Shown in pieces: positions 1-7,973 of a stretch of 40,141 nt of DNA. Both the position numbers and the translations under genes were made by a program. Each line of letters starts with the position of its first letter. Position 1 is the first letter of the stretch. This DNA is from a virus, in the IMG/VR virus record IMGVR_UViG_3300033412_000035; one strand, 5' to 3'. The notes below the pieces were generated by a model. It made no database searches and was not told where the DNA came from. It saw nothing but the letters and a program-made list of their open reading frames with translations.

Positions 1-126
1 TGTCGGTCGCGTTCGAGGCATTGCCGACGAGCGAGAACTCGCGCAGGAGCGGAGTTGCCACGACCCAGTCGTGGGCGTAGTCCATCATCGTCGGCGCGAT
101 GATGGAGCTGTAGTAGACGTCGTTCG
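1..126. repeat. Terminal overlap, left copy (identical to 40016-40141)
   Basis: tgtcggtcgcgttcgaggcattgccgacg...gtagtagacgtcgttcg is found letter for letter at both window ends. Confidence 0.95.
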
Positions 127-154
127 CAGAAGTGGTGGTGGTCTCGGATGCCAT
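1..154 (-). CDS. Major capsid protein, 5' end (gene wraps the circular junction)
   Basis: The reverse strand reads ATG(154-152) = MASETTTTSANDVYYSSIIAPTMMDYAHDW. This is in frame with ORF 39222-40103 through the overlap: 154 equals 40169, and 40169-39222+1 = 948 nt = 316 codons. AAGAGG lies 8 nt upstream. Confidence 0.8.
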   Translation of the reverse strand, partial: MASETTTTSANDVYYSSIIAPTMMDYAHDWVVATPLLREFSLVGNASNATD

Positions 155-159
155 GGCTG

Positions 160-843
160 CTACCTCTTGTTTTCATCGAAGCCGACGAGCCGCCGGCCCC
201 GCATGTACTGCTCGGCCTGCTGGCGCACAAACCGCTGCATCTGGCGCCGACCGCCCTTGGCGGCGGTGATCCGTGCCAGGTCGTCTTCGGTCCACTTGAG
301 CGGGTTCGTGCCCGGCTGGTCCCATGCGGGCGCACTCACGGCCGCGCCACCGTCGGAGACGGGGCGACCGGTCGCGGTCTCTGCTGACTTCTTGGTGGGG
401 TTCACGGTTGACTCCTGGGCCGTCCGCTTGACCCCGAACACCTCCGCCTGGTCGGCGACGAATGCCCCGATATCCTCCGGGCTCTCCATCTTCAGCAGCT
501 TGCGAACCGTCTCGCGCTGCTTGGGGGAGAACCCGTACTCGGACATCGCATCATTCACGCGGTTGACCCGATCGACGACGGTCTCCACGTCGAGCGGTGC
601 GTGCTGCGTCGCTTCCTCAGGCTCAGCGCTCTTGGCCTTCGCCTTCGTCCCCTGCTGCTTTGACATCCCTTCGACGAGCCGGCGCATGTTGGCGAACATG
701 CTGTCGGTGGCCGACTTGAGGGTAGTCTGCAGCTGCTCGGCGGTGACGTACTGCGGTGTCGCGGCCGACTCGGCTGCAGGGGTCTCCCCCTGTGCGGTCT
801 CCGTTCCTTGCGCCTGGGTGCCGGTGTTCTCTGGGTCTGCCAT
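160..843 (-). CDS. Putative scaffolding protein
   Basis: 227 aa, acidic, Ala/Glu/Thr/Gln-rich and helical-looking. The stop is 5 nt before the capsid ATG. The call is positional only. Confidence 0.5.
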   Translation of the reverse strand: MADPENTGTQAQGTETAQGETPAAESAATPQYVTAEQLQTTLKSATDSMFANMRRLVEGMSKQQGTKAKAKSAEPEEATQHAPLDVETVVDRVNRVNDAMSEYGFSPKQRETVRKLLKMESPEDIGAFVADQAEVFGVKRTAQESTVNPTKKSAETATGRPVSDGGAAVSAPAWDQPGTNPLKWTEDDLARITAAKGGRRQMQRFVRQQAEQYMRGRRLVGFDENKR

Positions 844-920
844 TGCTTTCCTCTCAACCGACCATCAAGAGCCGTCGTCGCTCGTCGCCCGTTGTGGCCG
901 GCGGCGCCATGCGTGCCAGT

Positions 921-1316
921 TCAGGCAACGCAGAGGTAGTTGATGACGTAGTGCTTGGTATCGACCGGCAGCACGCTGAACGTGAAGACCGCGCCGGTGG
1001 TCGTGGACGTCCAGGTGCATTTGCCCGTATCGATCGAGTTGTCGTTGGTCGTCGGCAGGAAGCAGAAGGGCGGCGACTTGAAAGCGCCGTCGGCGAACGT
1101 GAACGTCACGGTCGCCGTCGCCTGCGCGAAACCGGTGCCGCCGGCCGTGATGGTGATCTGGCCGCGCTGGTCGGTCGATCCGGAGGCCACGGCAACGCTC
1201 GCGGTCGAGCCCCAGCCGACGCCGAGCGCGAAACTCGCCGCAGTCGGTGCGGTCAGCTGCAACGAACCGTCGATTCGCCCGCCGGCGGATGAGCTATTCC
1301 CCTGAAGCTGCGCCAT
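921..1316 (-). CDS. Hypothetical head-module protein (131 aa, beta-rich)
   Basis: GAGGAGGAGAAGGA precedes the ATG at 1316. It sits between the portal and scaffold genes. No motif recognised. Confidence 0.6.
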   Translation of the reverse strand: MAQLQGNSSSAGGRIDGSLQLTAPTAASFALGVGWGSTASVAVASGSTDQRGQITITAGGTGFAQATATVTFTFADGAFKSPPFCFLPTTNDNSIDTGKCTWTSTTTGAVFTFSVLPVDTKHYVINYLCVA

Positions 1317-1620
1317 CGTCCTTCTCCTCCTCGGCCGGAATCACCGGCTCGTCTTGCTCGACCGAGACCGCCGGCAACTCGCTCGGCGCCTCCTCGGGCT
1401 TCTTGGTGATGAGCACCTCGATGCAGTAGCGGTCACCGTCGAGCTCGCCGCCCTTGAGCCACTCGCGGCCCGGCGCCTCCTCGAATGGGACGTCGAAGAC
1501 CGCGGTGATGCGCACCGGGCCAAACTTCCGGTCGTACTCCGCACCCGGCTGCTCGCCCGTGCTCGTGAGGTAGCCGCGGAGGGACCGCAGGCTGCCCGCG
1601 AAAGAGAATCCTTCGTTCAT
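1294..1620 (-). CDS. Hypothetical protein (108 aa)
   Basis: ATGA overlap with the portal stop (1617-1620). Acidic C-terminus. Confidence 0.6.
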   Translation of the reverse strand: MNEGFSFAGSLRSLRGYLTSTGEQPGAEYDRKFGPVRITAVFDVPFEEAPGREWLKGGELDGDRYCIEVLITKKPEEAPSELPAVSVEQDEPVIPAEEEKDDGAASGE

Positions 1621-3119
1621 TGCATCGCTCCCTGTTGGGGCTGGGCCGGGTTCGCCTGGTCGGCCGCCGTCTGCTGGGTGTCCATGCCTCCGCTCGCCGC
1701 CTGGAGTCCGCGCATGAGCACGACGCGCTTGGTTTCGACCCGGACGTTCTCCGCGATCTCGTCCATCGCATCCTGCTCCGTCAGATCCGGGTCACGATCC
1801 ATGAGCTCGTCACGGGTGTTTGTGAGGCCGAGCGTCCGCGCCTTCTCGAAGATGGTCAGTTCCTCCATCGGTTCGCGCGGCATCTGGATGTCACCGAAGT
1901 TGATGGACCAGCCGTCGGTGCTGAATGAGCTGTCGGGCAGGTCCACGGACAGGACTTCGGCGGTCACCGTCGCCAGCTCGCGCTCGAACTCGCGGAACGG
2001 CGTCTCCTGTTCGAGCCGGCGTTCGCGGATGCCGACGTGCCGGAGCTCGATCTCGTAGCCGCTGGTCGCGCCTGCGTGATGCAGGATGGCTGGCGGGATG
2101 CCGTAGTTGGCGGCGGCGCGCTCGAGGATGTTGTCGGCGGTGTCGCGGAAGATCGCGAGGTCCATCGACATGTCCACCGAGTTGATCGTGGTTCCGTCCG
2201 GCATCTCGATCGGAACCTCGGTGTCCATGGCCTGAGCGCGCGCCAGTCGCGTGACGTCGCCAGCGATGATCGGGACCTTGGTCGCCGACTTGGACTCCTT
2301 GAGGAGGAGGACGTTTTCGAACCAGACCGCCAGGTGGGCGGAGACCAGGTCCTCGCCGCCCATCGAGTCGAAGAGCTGCCCGGGCGGCGCGTCGAGGGCC
2401 AGGAGCACGCCGGGCAGCCGCTTAAAGCCGTGCTCGCGGACCGTCTCCTGCATCACGATCCCGCTCGCGGTAACCCGGAAGTACTCGCTGTCGGTCACGG
2501 CCAGGAACGCAGGCCGGTCCTGCGCCATGTCCCCCATGCGCGGCGACATGACCTGCTGGTCGATGAGCACGCAGATGAGGCGCGTCGGCTCGAGCGGGTG
2601 CGTGACGAGGTAGAGGCAGTGCGGCTCGACGATCTCGAGACGCGGCATCCGGGCGCCGTTCCAGTTGACGACCCGCGGGTAAATCCACAGGTACTTGTGG
2701 AGAAGCGCGAGCCGCTGGTACTGGCGCGCCTTCTCGTGGTGCCCCGTCTGCCGCTGGACTTCCTGATAGGCGAGGTTCGCGGTGCTGTCGGCGACGGTGC
2801 GCGCGGCCGGCTTGCGATAGAGCGTCGCCAGCTCGTGCACGATGCGCTTGATGACGTTGTTGTAGCGGGCCTTCTCGATCCAGATGTCCCGCTTGGCCTT
2901 CACCTCCTTGTCGGCGAAGACCTTGTCGATGTAGTCGGCGAGGTACTGCGAGCCGCCGTCCCGGTAGAGCTCGGCGCGCCGGCGCGCTCGCTCGCGCCGC
3001 TTGGTCTCGGCGTCGTTGCTGAGGTACCGGTCGCGCAGCCAGCGGCCAACGTCCTCCCACTCGAGCGCGGGCGCCTGCGCGCCGCTTGGTAGCTCGGCTA
3101 GCACTTCCCGGATCCCCAT
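1617..3119 (-). CDS. Putative portal protein
   Basis: 500 aa, immediately downstream of terL with a TGATG overlap at 3119. The call rests on size and position only. Confidence 0.6.
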   Translation of the reverse strand: MGIREVLAELPSGAQAPALEWEDVGRWLRDRYLSNDAETKRRERARRRAELYRDGGSQYLADYIDKVFADKEVKAKRDIWIEKARYNNVIKRIVHELATLYRKPAARTVADSTANLAYQEVQRQTGHHEKARQYQRLALLHKYLWIYPRVVNWNGARMPRLEIVEPHCLYLVTHPLEPTRLICVLIDQQVMSPRMGDMAQDRPAFLAVTDSEYFRVTASGIVMQETVREHGFKRLPGVLLALDAPPGQLFDSMGGEDLVSAHLAVWFENVLLLKESKSATKVPIIAGDVTRLARAQAMDTEVPIEMPDGTTINSVDMSMDLAIFRDTADNILERAAANYGIPPAILHHAGATSGYEIELRHVGIRERRLEQETPFREFERELATVTAEVLSVDLPDSSFSTDGWSINFGDIQMPREPMEELTIFEKARTLGLTNTRDELMDRDPDLTEQDAMDEIAENVRVETKRVVLMRGLQAASGGMDTQQTAADQANPAQPQQGAMQ

Positions 3120-4780
3120 CAGGCTGCGACCTCAATGCGCGGCTTCTCGAGCGTCCACAGCGCATAGCGAAGGGCGGCCGGCCAGTGAGAGAGGTCGGCC
3201 ACGCCCTTCTTCTGCGTCTCCGCGTCGCCGGCCGCGTCACGCTCTGACAGCTCGATCGACTCGACCAGCTTCGGGGCCGCCGGCTGCCGATGGCTGTCGC
3301 AGGCGATGAACAGCCGACGCTCCTGGGCCGCGTTGCAGAGGAGCGCCGCGACCATGTTGATCCCGGCCTCCTTCGGCACGCGGCCGGGACCGGTGCCCGC
3401 CTTGGCGTAGGCGGCCGGCATGATGTCGAGCCCGGCGTTGCGGAAGAGCTTGTAGACGGACCGATCCGGCCGCTGTGCATCGTTGCCCGAGTCGCTGTAG
3501 GGGTCGGCACGGATGAGCGCGCGCAGGCAGTCAGCCCGTCGCTGGCCCCGGAAGTCCTTCTGGTAGCAGCCCCACTTCTGGAGCCGCTCCTGGAGCGCCA
3601 GGACGTGCGTCTCCGTCAGCCCACCCTCGGTCGTGACCTCGTCCACCACCCACCAGGCGTGCTTGCGCGTCCCCTGGATGAGGTACGCCTTGAGCAACAC
3701 CGAGACGTGCTGGAGCTTCCCGGGGTCGTGCCCGACCAGGATCGAGTTGTACGGCCCCCACTCGTTGAGGACGCGTTGCGTGACGTCCTCGGCCCCGATC
3801 TCCGGTACCGGGCGCAGGTTCTTGTCCCGCTCCCAGGTGTGATAGACCATCCGCTCCGGGCCGACGTCGAGGGCGAGGCCGCGGCGGCGCCACTCGCGCT
3901 CGGACACGTTGCGACGCATCCGGTCCCAGTGGTCCGGCCAGACGAACGGGTTCTGGTCGTAGGGGATGCGGAGGATGCGCCAGTCCGGCGACGCGAGCCG
4001 GCTGTCGCGGAAGGTCCGCCACTTCGGAGAGTCCTTGGCGGTCGCGGTCCCGAGACGGCGCGAGGTGCGGACGCCACGGAGACGGGCCTCGATGTCAGCG
4101 TCGGCGCCGCCTTCAACCGTGTCCTGGAGCTCGTCGTCGAGCGAGAAGGCCCAGGTAAAGCCCTGCACCGGGCTCCCGGTCGCCGCCGACTGCTTCTTGG
4201 TCGAGCGGAACTGGATGACGTGCCCGGTGACGAACCGAAGCTCGCGCGCGTCCGCGTACCAGGTCGCCCAGACGCCCGGCCGCATGGACTTGGCGTCGTC
4301 GGTCGGGATGCGCTCGCGGACCGCCTTGACCAGCGTGAGGAGGCGCTCGTGGGTCGGCGCCGTCGCCCCGCCGAAGACGAAGACGCCGGCCATCGCCATG
4401 CGGATGATCTGGACGACGGCCCAGGCGGCGCCGGTCACGGTCTTTCCCCCGCCCTCAGCCGCGTAGAGCAGCGTACGAGTCGCAGTCTCTTGCTGACCGA
4501 GGACCACTTCGGCCTGGATCTCCGAGACGTGCCAGACGAGGTGTCTCTCCGCCGGGCCGATGAACCGCCGGAGGACCAGGTCCCAGCGCCCGCCGATCCG
4601 CTCCGTACGGACCAGGGTGAGCGGTGGTTTGCCCGGAAGCCGAACCGAGCCCGCCGGGTCCTGCCGGACCACCCGAAGCTCGACGGCGAGGTCGATGAAC
4701 CGTTCACCACGTCGGCCTCTAGTTAGAGACTCCGCTTCCCTGGTCAGGGAGTTGCGGAGCTTGGTCCGTAAACTGGACAC
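3119..4780 (-). CDS. terL: Terminase large subunit
   Basis: 553 aa. Walker A-like AAEGGGKT, Walker B-like FSLDDELQD, and a later VGHDPG nuclease-type acidic motif. Confidence 0.85.
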   Translation of the reverse strand: MSSLRTKLRNSLTREAESLTRGRRGERFIDLAVELRVVRQDPAGSVRLPGKPPLTLVRTERIGGRWDLVLRRFIGPAERHLVWHVSEIQAEVVLGQQETATRTLLYAAEGGGKTVTGAAWAVVQIIRMAMAGVFVFGGATAPTHERLLTLVKAVRERIPTDDAKSMRPGVWATWYADARELRFVTGHVIQFRSTKKQSAATGSPVQGFTWAFSLDDELQDTVEGGADADIEARLRGVRTSRRLGTATAKDSPKWRTFRDSRLASPDWRILRIPYDQNPFVWPDHWDRMRRNVSEREWRRRGLALDVGPERMVYHTWERDKNLRPVPEIGAEDVTQRVLNEWGPYNSILVGHDPGKLQHVSVLLKAYLIQGTRKHAWWVVDEVTTEGGLTETHVLALQERLQKWGCYQKDFRGQRRADCLRALIRADPYSDSGNDAQRPDRSVYKLFRNAGLDIMPAAYAKAGTGPGRVPKEAGINMVAALLCNAAQERRLFIACDSHRQPAAPKLVESIELSERDAAGDAETQKKGVADLSHWPAALRYALWTLEKPRIEVAA

Positions 4781-5132
4781 CCGACTCCATCGCGGCGCGC
4801 TCCCTCCGGTCGGACTCGAGCTGCGCCGCCAGCTCGCGGAGATGGTCGAGCTCCTCGCGCTTGTCTTCGGCCTCGGCGGCGAGACGGATGCCGCGCAGGG
4901 CGGTGCCGAGCTCCTTCTCGCGGCTGTACGACACGCCCGCCAGGAGCTCGGCGATGATGCAGCCGGTCAGGTTCAGCCGGCCGTCAGCCGTACGCAGGTG
5001 GCGCACGACCTCATCCGGCCGGATAGGTTCGTCGGTCTCGACCTGGGGCGCGGCCGCTCGGCGGCTCGGCGTGGGAGGGGTCACCTTCCGAGCGGCCGCG
5101 CCCCGGCCAGAGCTTTTGCGTTCCCCCGCCAC
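4719..5132 (-). CDS. Putative small terminase subunit
   Basis: 137 aa. Basic N-terminus followed by a helical/coiled region. First gene of the late block, directly upstream of terL. GTG start; the exact start is uncertain. Confidence 0.4.
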   Translation of the reverse strand: MAGERKSSGRGAAARKVTPPTPSRRAAAPQVETDEPIRPDEVVRHLRTADGRLNLTGCIIAELLAGVSYSREKELGTALRGIRLAAEAEDKREELDHLRELAAQLESDRRERAAMESGVQFTDQAPQLPDQGSGVSN

Positions 5133-5165
5133 TGCCCTCCATTGGGCAGATCACTGCGGCGGTCG

Positions 5166-5217
5166 GATAGACAGCGCCTTGATAGCAGTTGCTATCGAGT
5201 CACTGAGAACTGATAGC
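5166..5217. promoter_or_regulatory. GATAG(C) repeat cluster, a candidate operator in the divergent RHH / late-operon control region
   Basis: GATAG at 5166, GATAGC at 5181 and GCTATC at 5191 (an inverted pair with a 4-nt spacer), and GATAGC at 5212. CACTG also occurs three times nearby. Confidence 0.45.
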
Positions 5218-5224
5218 TTGGTCC

Positions 5225-5392
5225 GTGTACGAGAAACGAGACAGGAATCTCTATCTCAGGCTCTCGGAAACGGAGCTTTCCGCCGCAGAAGCAGCCGCCG
5301 ACAGCGAGGGGATCACGATCCAGCAGTGGATCCGGTTCGCGCTCCGACGGCTACTAGGGCTCAGTGCACCAGGCGCGCCGAAGAGTCACTAG
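5225..5392 (+). CDS. Ribbon-helix-helix (Arc/CopG-like) DNA-binding protein, 55 aa
   Basis: GTG start. VYEKRDRNLYLRLSETELSAAEAAADSEGITIQQWIRFALRRLLGLSAPGAPKSH shows the beta-strand / helix / helix RHH pattern. Below the 60-aa cut-off of the ORF track. Confidence 0.65.
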   Translation: MYEKRDRNLYLRLSETELSAAEAAADSEGITIQQWIRFALRRLLGLSAPGAPKSH

Positions 5393-6105
5393 CCGAAGAA
5401 GAAGCTCTGGACCTTGCCGCCAAGCGAGAAGCCGGAGCCCTGCCGGAAGCCGGACAAGAACGCCTCGAACGCGCGCGCGCGGCCGCCCTGCCCCGCCTTC
5501 CACGCCTCGACGATGTGCTCCTGGAAGGACGCGTCGATCGCGGCGACGACCTTCGGATCGTTCCAGATGGTCTCGGGCTTCACGAACCGGTTGAAGGCGT
5601 CCGTTATGTTCGCGAACTCGGCCGCGTTCCTCGACGTCGAGGGGTCGAGCCGGTTGGCCGCGACGTTCACCGTCCAGCCCTTCTCCGTCTTGTTCTCGGT
5701 CGCGACCACCGACTCGCGCAGGCGGCCCGAGTGGTTGAGGTACCGGGCCTCGCCGCTCTTCGGGGCCATGTTCCCGATGCGCCCGCCACCGAAGCGCTTC
5801 TGCGCCCAGGGCTTGCCCGCGTCGTAGGCGAGCTCCTGGCGGGTGCGGGTGTAGAGCGTCGAGTCCTTGACCGTCTCCTGGACCCCGCCGATGCGTTCCT
5901 TCATGACCTCGGCGATCGCGGCGGCCGGACCGGCGCCGAGCTGGATCTCATCGAAGTTCACGACCAACGGCTCCGATTGGATCTCGATGGTCATGCGCGC
6001 CTTGCCCCGCGTGCCGTCCTGGCGCTCGCGACCCTGCCGGCCCTTGATGGCGCCGGAGCTAAGGTTCGAGTAGTCGGAGAGGACGATGAAGTCACCGTCG
6101 GCCAT
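5389..6105 (-). CDS. Hypothetical protein (238 aa), last gene of the early-left operon
   Basis: TAATG overlap with the upstream gene at 6105. No motif recognised. Confidence 0.65.
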   Translation of the reverse strand: MADGDFIVLSDYSNLSSGAIKGRQGRERQDGTRGKARMTIEIQSEPLVVNFDEIQLGAGPAAAIAEVMKERIGGVQETVKDSTLYTRTRQELAYDAGKPWAQKRFGGGRIGNMAPKSGEARYLNHSGRLRESVVATENKTEKGWTVNVAANRLDPSTSRNAAEFANITDAFNRFVKPETIWNDPKVVAAIDASFQEHIVEAWKAGQGGRARAFEAFLSGFRQGSGFSLGGKVQSFFFG

Positions 6106-6443
6106 TATTCCTCTTCGCCGCGCGCGCCCGCCAAGATCCGCCGAATCCCTTCGCGCAGCCCCTGTTCAGTCAGGGGAGCACCTTCGGCATATACGTTCAG
6201 CGACACGGTCCACGGTTGAACGAACAGCCCGGCCCCGGTCGTCACCCAAGGCTCCTCTTCGCGCCTGCGCGGGTGGTCGGCACGGGTTGGCGGCGACAAC
6301 TCGCGCTCGTGGGCATGGCAGCAGGTCCCGGCCGCGTGCGCGACGTCGCAACTCCAGCGGCTGCTTTGGAACCGCCCGCCGCAGCAGGGGCAGTCGTATA
6401 CGCCGGAGGTCCCCTTCGCGCCGTCTGAGTCGAACCAGGGCAT
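6105..6443 (-). CDS. Cys/His-rich hypothetical protein (112 aa)
   Basis: The ATG at 6443 lies 4 nt after the ligase stop. Contains CPCCGGRF...C...CCHAH. Only the 3' part of track ORF 6105-6653 is used. Confidence 0.55.
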   Translation of the reverse strand: MPWFDSDGAKGTSGVYDCPCCGGRFQSSRWSCDVAHAAGTCCHAHERELSPPTRADHPRRREEEPWVTTGAGLFVQPWTVSLNVYAEGAPLTEQGLREGIRRILAGARGEEE

Positions 6444-6447
6444 CAGT

Positions 6448-7317
6448 TCACATGACGAGCGTACCATCCAGGTCTGGCCTCGTGCGCACGATCCGAGCGA
6501 ACCGGGGCGCGCTGGTGCCCTCGTAGAACCCCTCGCACCGGACCTCGACCATCTGGCCGCGCTCGAGCACCAGCCCCGCGGCCGACACCGCGAACCGGCG
6601 CCCGGCCCAGAGCAGGCTCGCGGCCCGGCCGTCCGAGCTGAGCACGACCGCATCCAGCGTCTCGCTCGGCTTGACCTTGCGCTTGGCCCCGCGCGCGCCG
6701 AGCGGGGCGTCCAGGTTCACCACGACCAGGCCCTCGCCGTCCGATCGCTCGACCCAGTCCGCCCACGCCTCAGCGACGCGACAGGTCGGCCGCTGGTCGA
6801 TGATGGGCGCCACCCGCCAGTCGGTCGGGACCGGGCGACAGAAACGCCCCGTGGATCGGCTGCGCGCCCCGTGGTCGTCCTCGCACCAGGGGAGGCGCGC
6901 GCCGTAGCACTCGACCTCGGACTGGGCACGCCACAGAGCATCGCGCCGGACCGAGTACGGCTCGCGCCCCAGGTACCGGCCGCCGATCCGGATCGCGTCG
7001 AACAGGTGAAGCGCCCGCCACCCGCGCGAGGCCGCGGACCTGTTGCCCGCCTCCGTGTGCGCCTCGAGCTCGCCCACCAGCTCGGAGCCGGGAAGGCCGA
7101 TGCACGCGCCCATGAGGTCAGACACGAGCAAACGAGGGAACGGGCGCGCCGCCCTCGAGTAGAGCTGGGCGATGCGGCCGCGCTGATCGAGGTGGACGCG
7201 CGCATAGACCCCGTCGATCTTCGGCTGCACGACCCAGCGCGGGCCGAGCTCGCGGACGTCGGCGAGGGAGAGACGTCCAGCGGCGCCGGCGTAGTCGATG
7301 GGACGGGTGCGGGTCAT
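6448..7317 (-). CDS. lig: ATP-dependent DNA ligase (minimal NTase + OB type)
   Basis: Motif I QPKIDGVYA (KxDG), motif III LVGELEA, motif IV EGLVVV, motif V KRKVKP, and a C-terminal RFARIVRTRPD. Confidence 0.85.
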   Translation of the reverse strand: MTRTRPIDYAGAAGRLSLADVRELGPRWVVQPKIDGVYARVHLDQRGRIAQLYSRAARPFPRLLVSDLMGACIGLPGSELVGELEAHTEAGNRSAASRGWRALHLFDAIRIGGRYLGREPYSVRRDALWRAQSEVECYGARLPWCEDDHGARSRSTGRFCRPVPTDWRVAPIIDQRPTCRVAEAWADWVERSDGEGLVVVNLDAPLGARGAKRKVKPSETLDAVVLSSDGRAASLLWAGRRFAVSAAGLVLERGQMVEVRCEGFYEGTSAPRFARIVRTRPDLDGTLVM

Positions 7318-7520
7318 GGCATCCGCTCAACCAGTTCCTCGATCTCCATCTCGAGGTTGCGAATATGCCCCACGGCCTCGACCAGGGCGACGGCGAGGTC
7401 TGGGCCTGCCGCGTGGAGCTTCGCGATCGCGTCCGCGTCTCCCCGCTTCGCTCGATCCAGAAGCTTCCGCATCTCCCGAGCGAGGTCGTGGAGGTCCTTG
7501 GGGCCGTCGTTGGCGGTCAT
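7314..7520 (-). CDS. Hypothetical helical protein (68 aa)
   Basis: AGGATGG precedes the internal ATG at 7520. ATGA overlap with the ligase start. The upstream extension to 7646 uses TTA/TTT/AAC codons that are atypical for this genome. Confidence 0.55.
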   Translation of the reverse strand: MTANDGPKDLHDLAREMRKLLDRAKRGDADAIAKLHAAGPDLAVALVEAVGHIRNLEMEIEELVERMP

Positions 7521-7538
7521 GTCACCATCCTGAGACAC

Positions 7539-7550
7539 CTCGAGCTCGAG
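7539..7550. promoter_or_regulatory. Perfect 12-bp palindrome CTCGAGCTCGAG upstream of the ligase sub-operon
   Basis: Read directly. It lies about 20 nt upstream of the ATG at 7520, inside the 281-nt non-coding gap. Confidence 0.3.
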
Positions 7551-7801
7551 CGCAGCGTGACGGCAATGTCGCTCCGATCCGGACCGGCCGCGTAAGGGTA
7601 CCAAAATCCTGTGAAATTCGTTTAAGACCCGAGCTTTGGCGCCCAACTGCGCCGCGCGCGCCGTCGGATCTCGACCCCGTGGGGTCCACCTATCGAACGC
7701 TTGCTCGAGGCGACCGCGTCACCGCTGACACAGCACCAAAAGCAAGGGCCGCCGAGTTTCCCCGACGACACTTGAGCCGACAGCACGCTGCCGGCGGGAA
7801 C

Positions 7802-7972
7802 CTACTTCTTCCGCCGCTCCTTCTCTTTCGCGACGACCCCCATCGCGCGCTCGAGCAGGCGCCTTATGGCCATCAGCTCATCCCCAGAAAGAGCGTGGCC
7901 GTAATGCTTCACGAGTTCTTCCGTCCACTCCGCGATCTCGACCACGCTTGCTGTATCGAAGTCGATCACCAT
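7802..7972 (-). CDS. Hypothetical small protein (56 aa)
   Basis: MVIDFDTASVVEIAEWTEELVKHYGHALSGDELMAIRRLLERAMGVVAKEKERRKK. The ATG lies 1 nt after the TAA of the DGQHR gene. Not in the track. Confidence 0.5.
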   Translation of the reverse strand: MVIDFDTASVVEIAEWTEELVKHYGHALSGDELMAIRRLLERAMGVVAKEKERRKK

Positions 7973-7973
7973 G

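Noticed and set aside
1-126. Biological direct terminal repeat or cos-type end
   Set aside because: The repeat sits in the middle of the capsid coding sequence and coincides exactly with the window boundaries. An assembly overlap of a circular or permuted genome is the simpler reading. This cannot be excluded without read-level terminus analysis.
2037-4726. Long plus-strand ORFs (2037-3092, 3290-4726), and similar ones elsewhere (27054-28145, 28731-29936, 30890-31939, 32722-33996, 34051-35478)
   Set aside because: They are antisense to well-supported structural genes. Their composition is Arg/Gly/Pro/Ala-rich, they have no RBS and no coupling. They are the expected stop-codon-poor shadows in high-GC DNA.
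7521-7646. 110-aa version of the gene upstream of the ligase
   Set aside because: The extension uses TTA, TTT, AAC and GAA codons that are atypical for this genome, and it spans an AT-rich patch that looks regulatory. The internal ATG at 7520 has an RBS.
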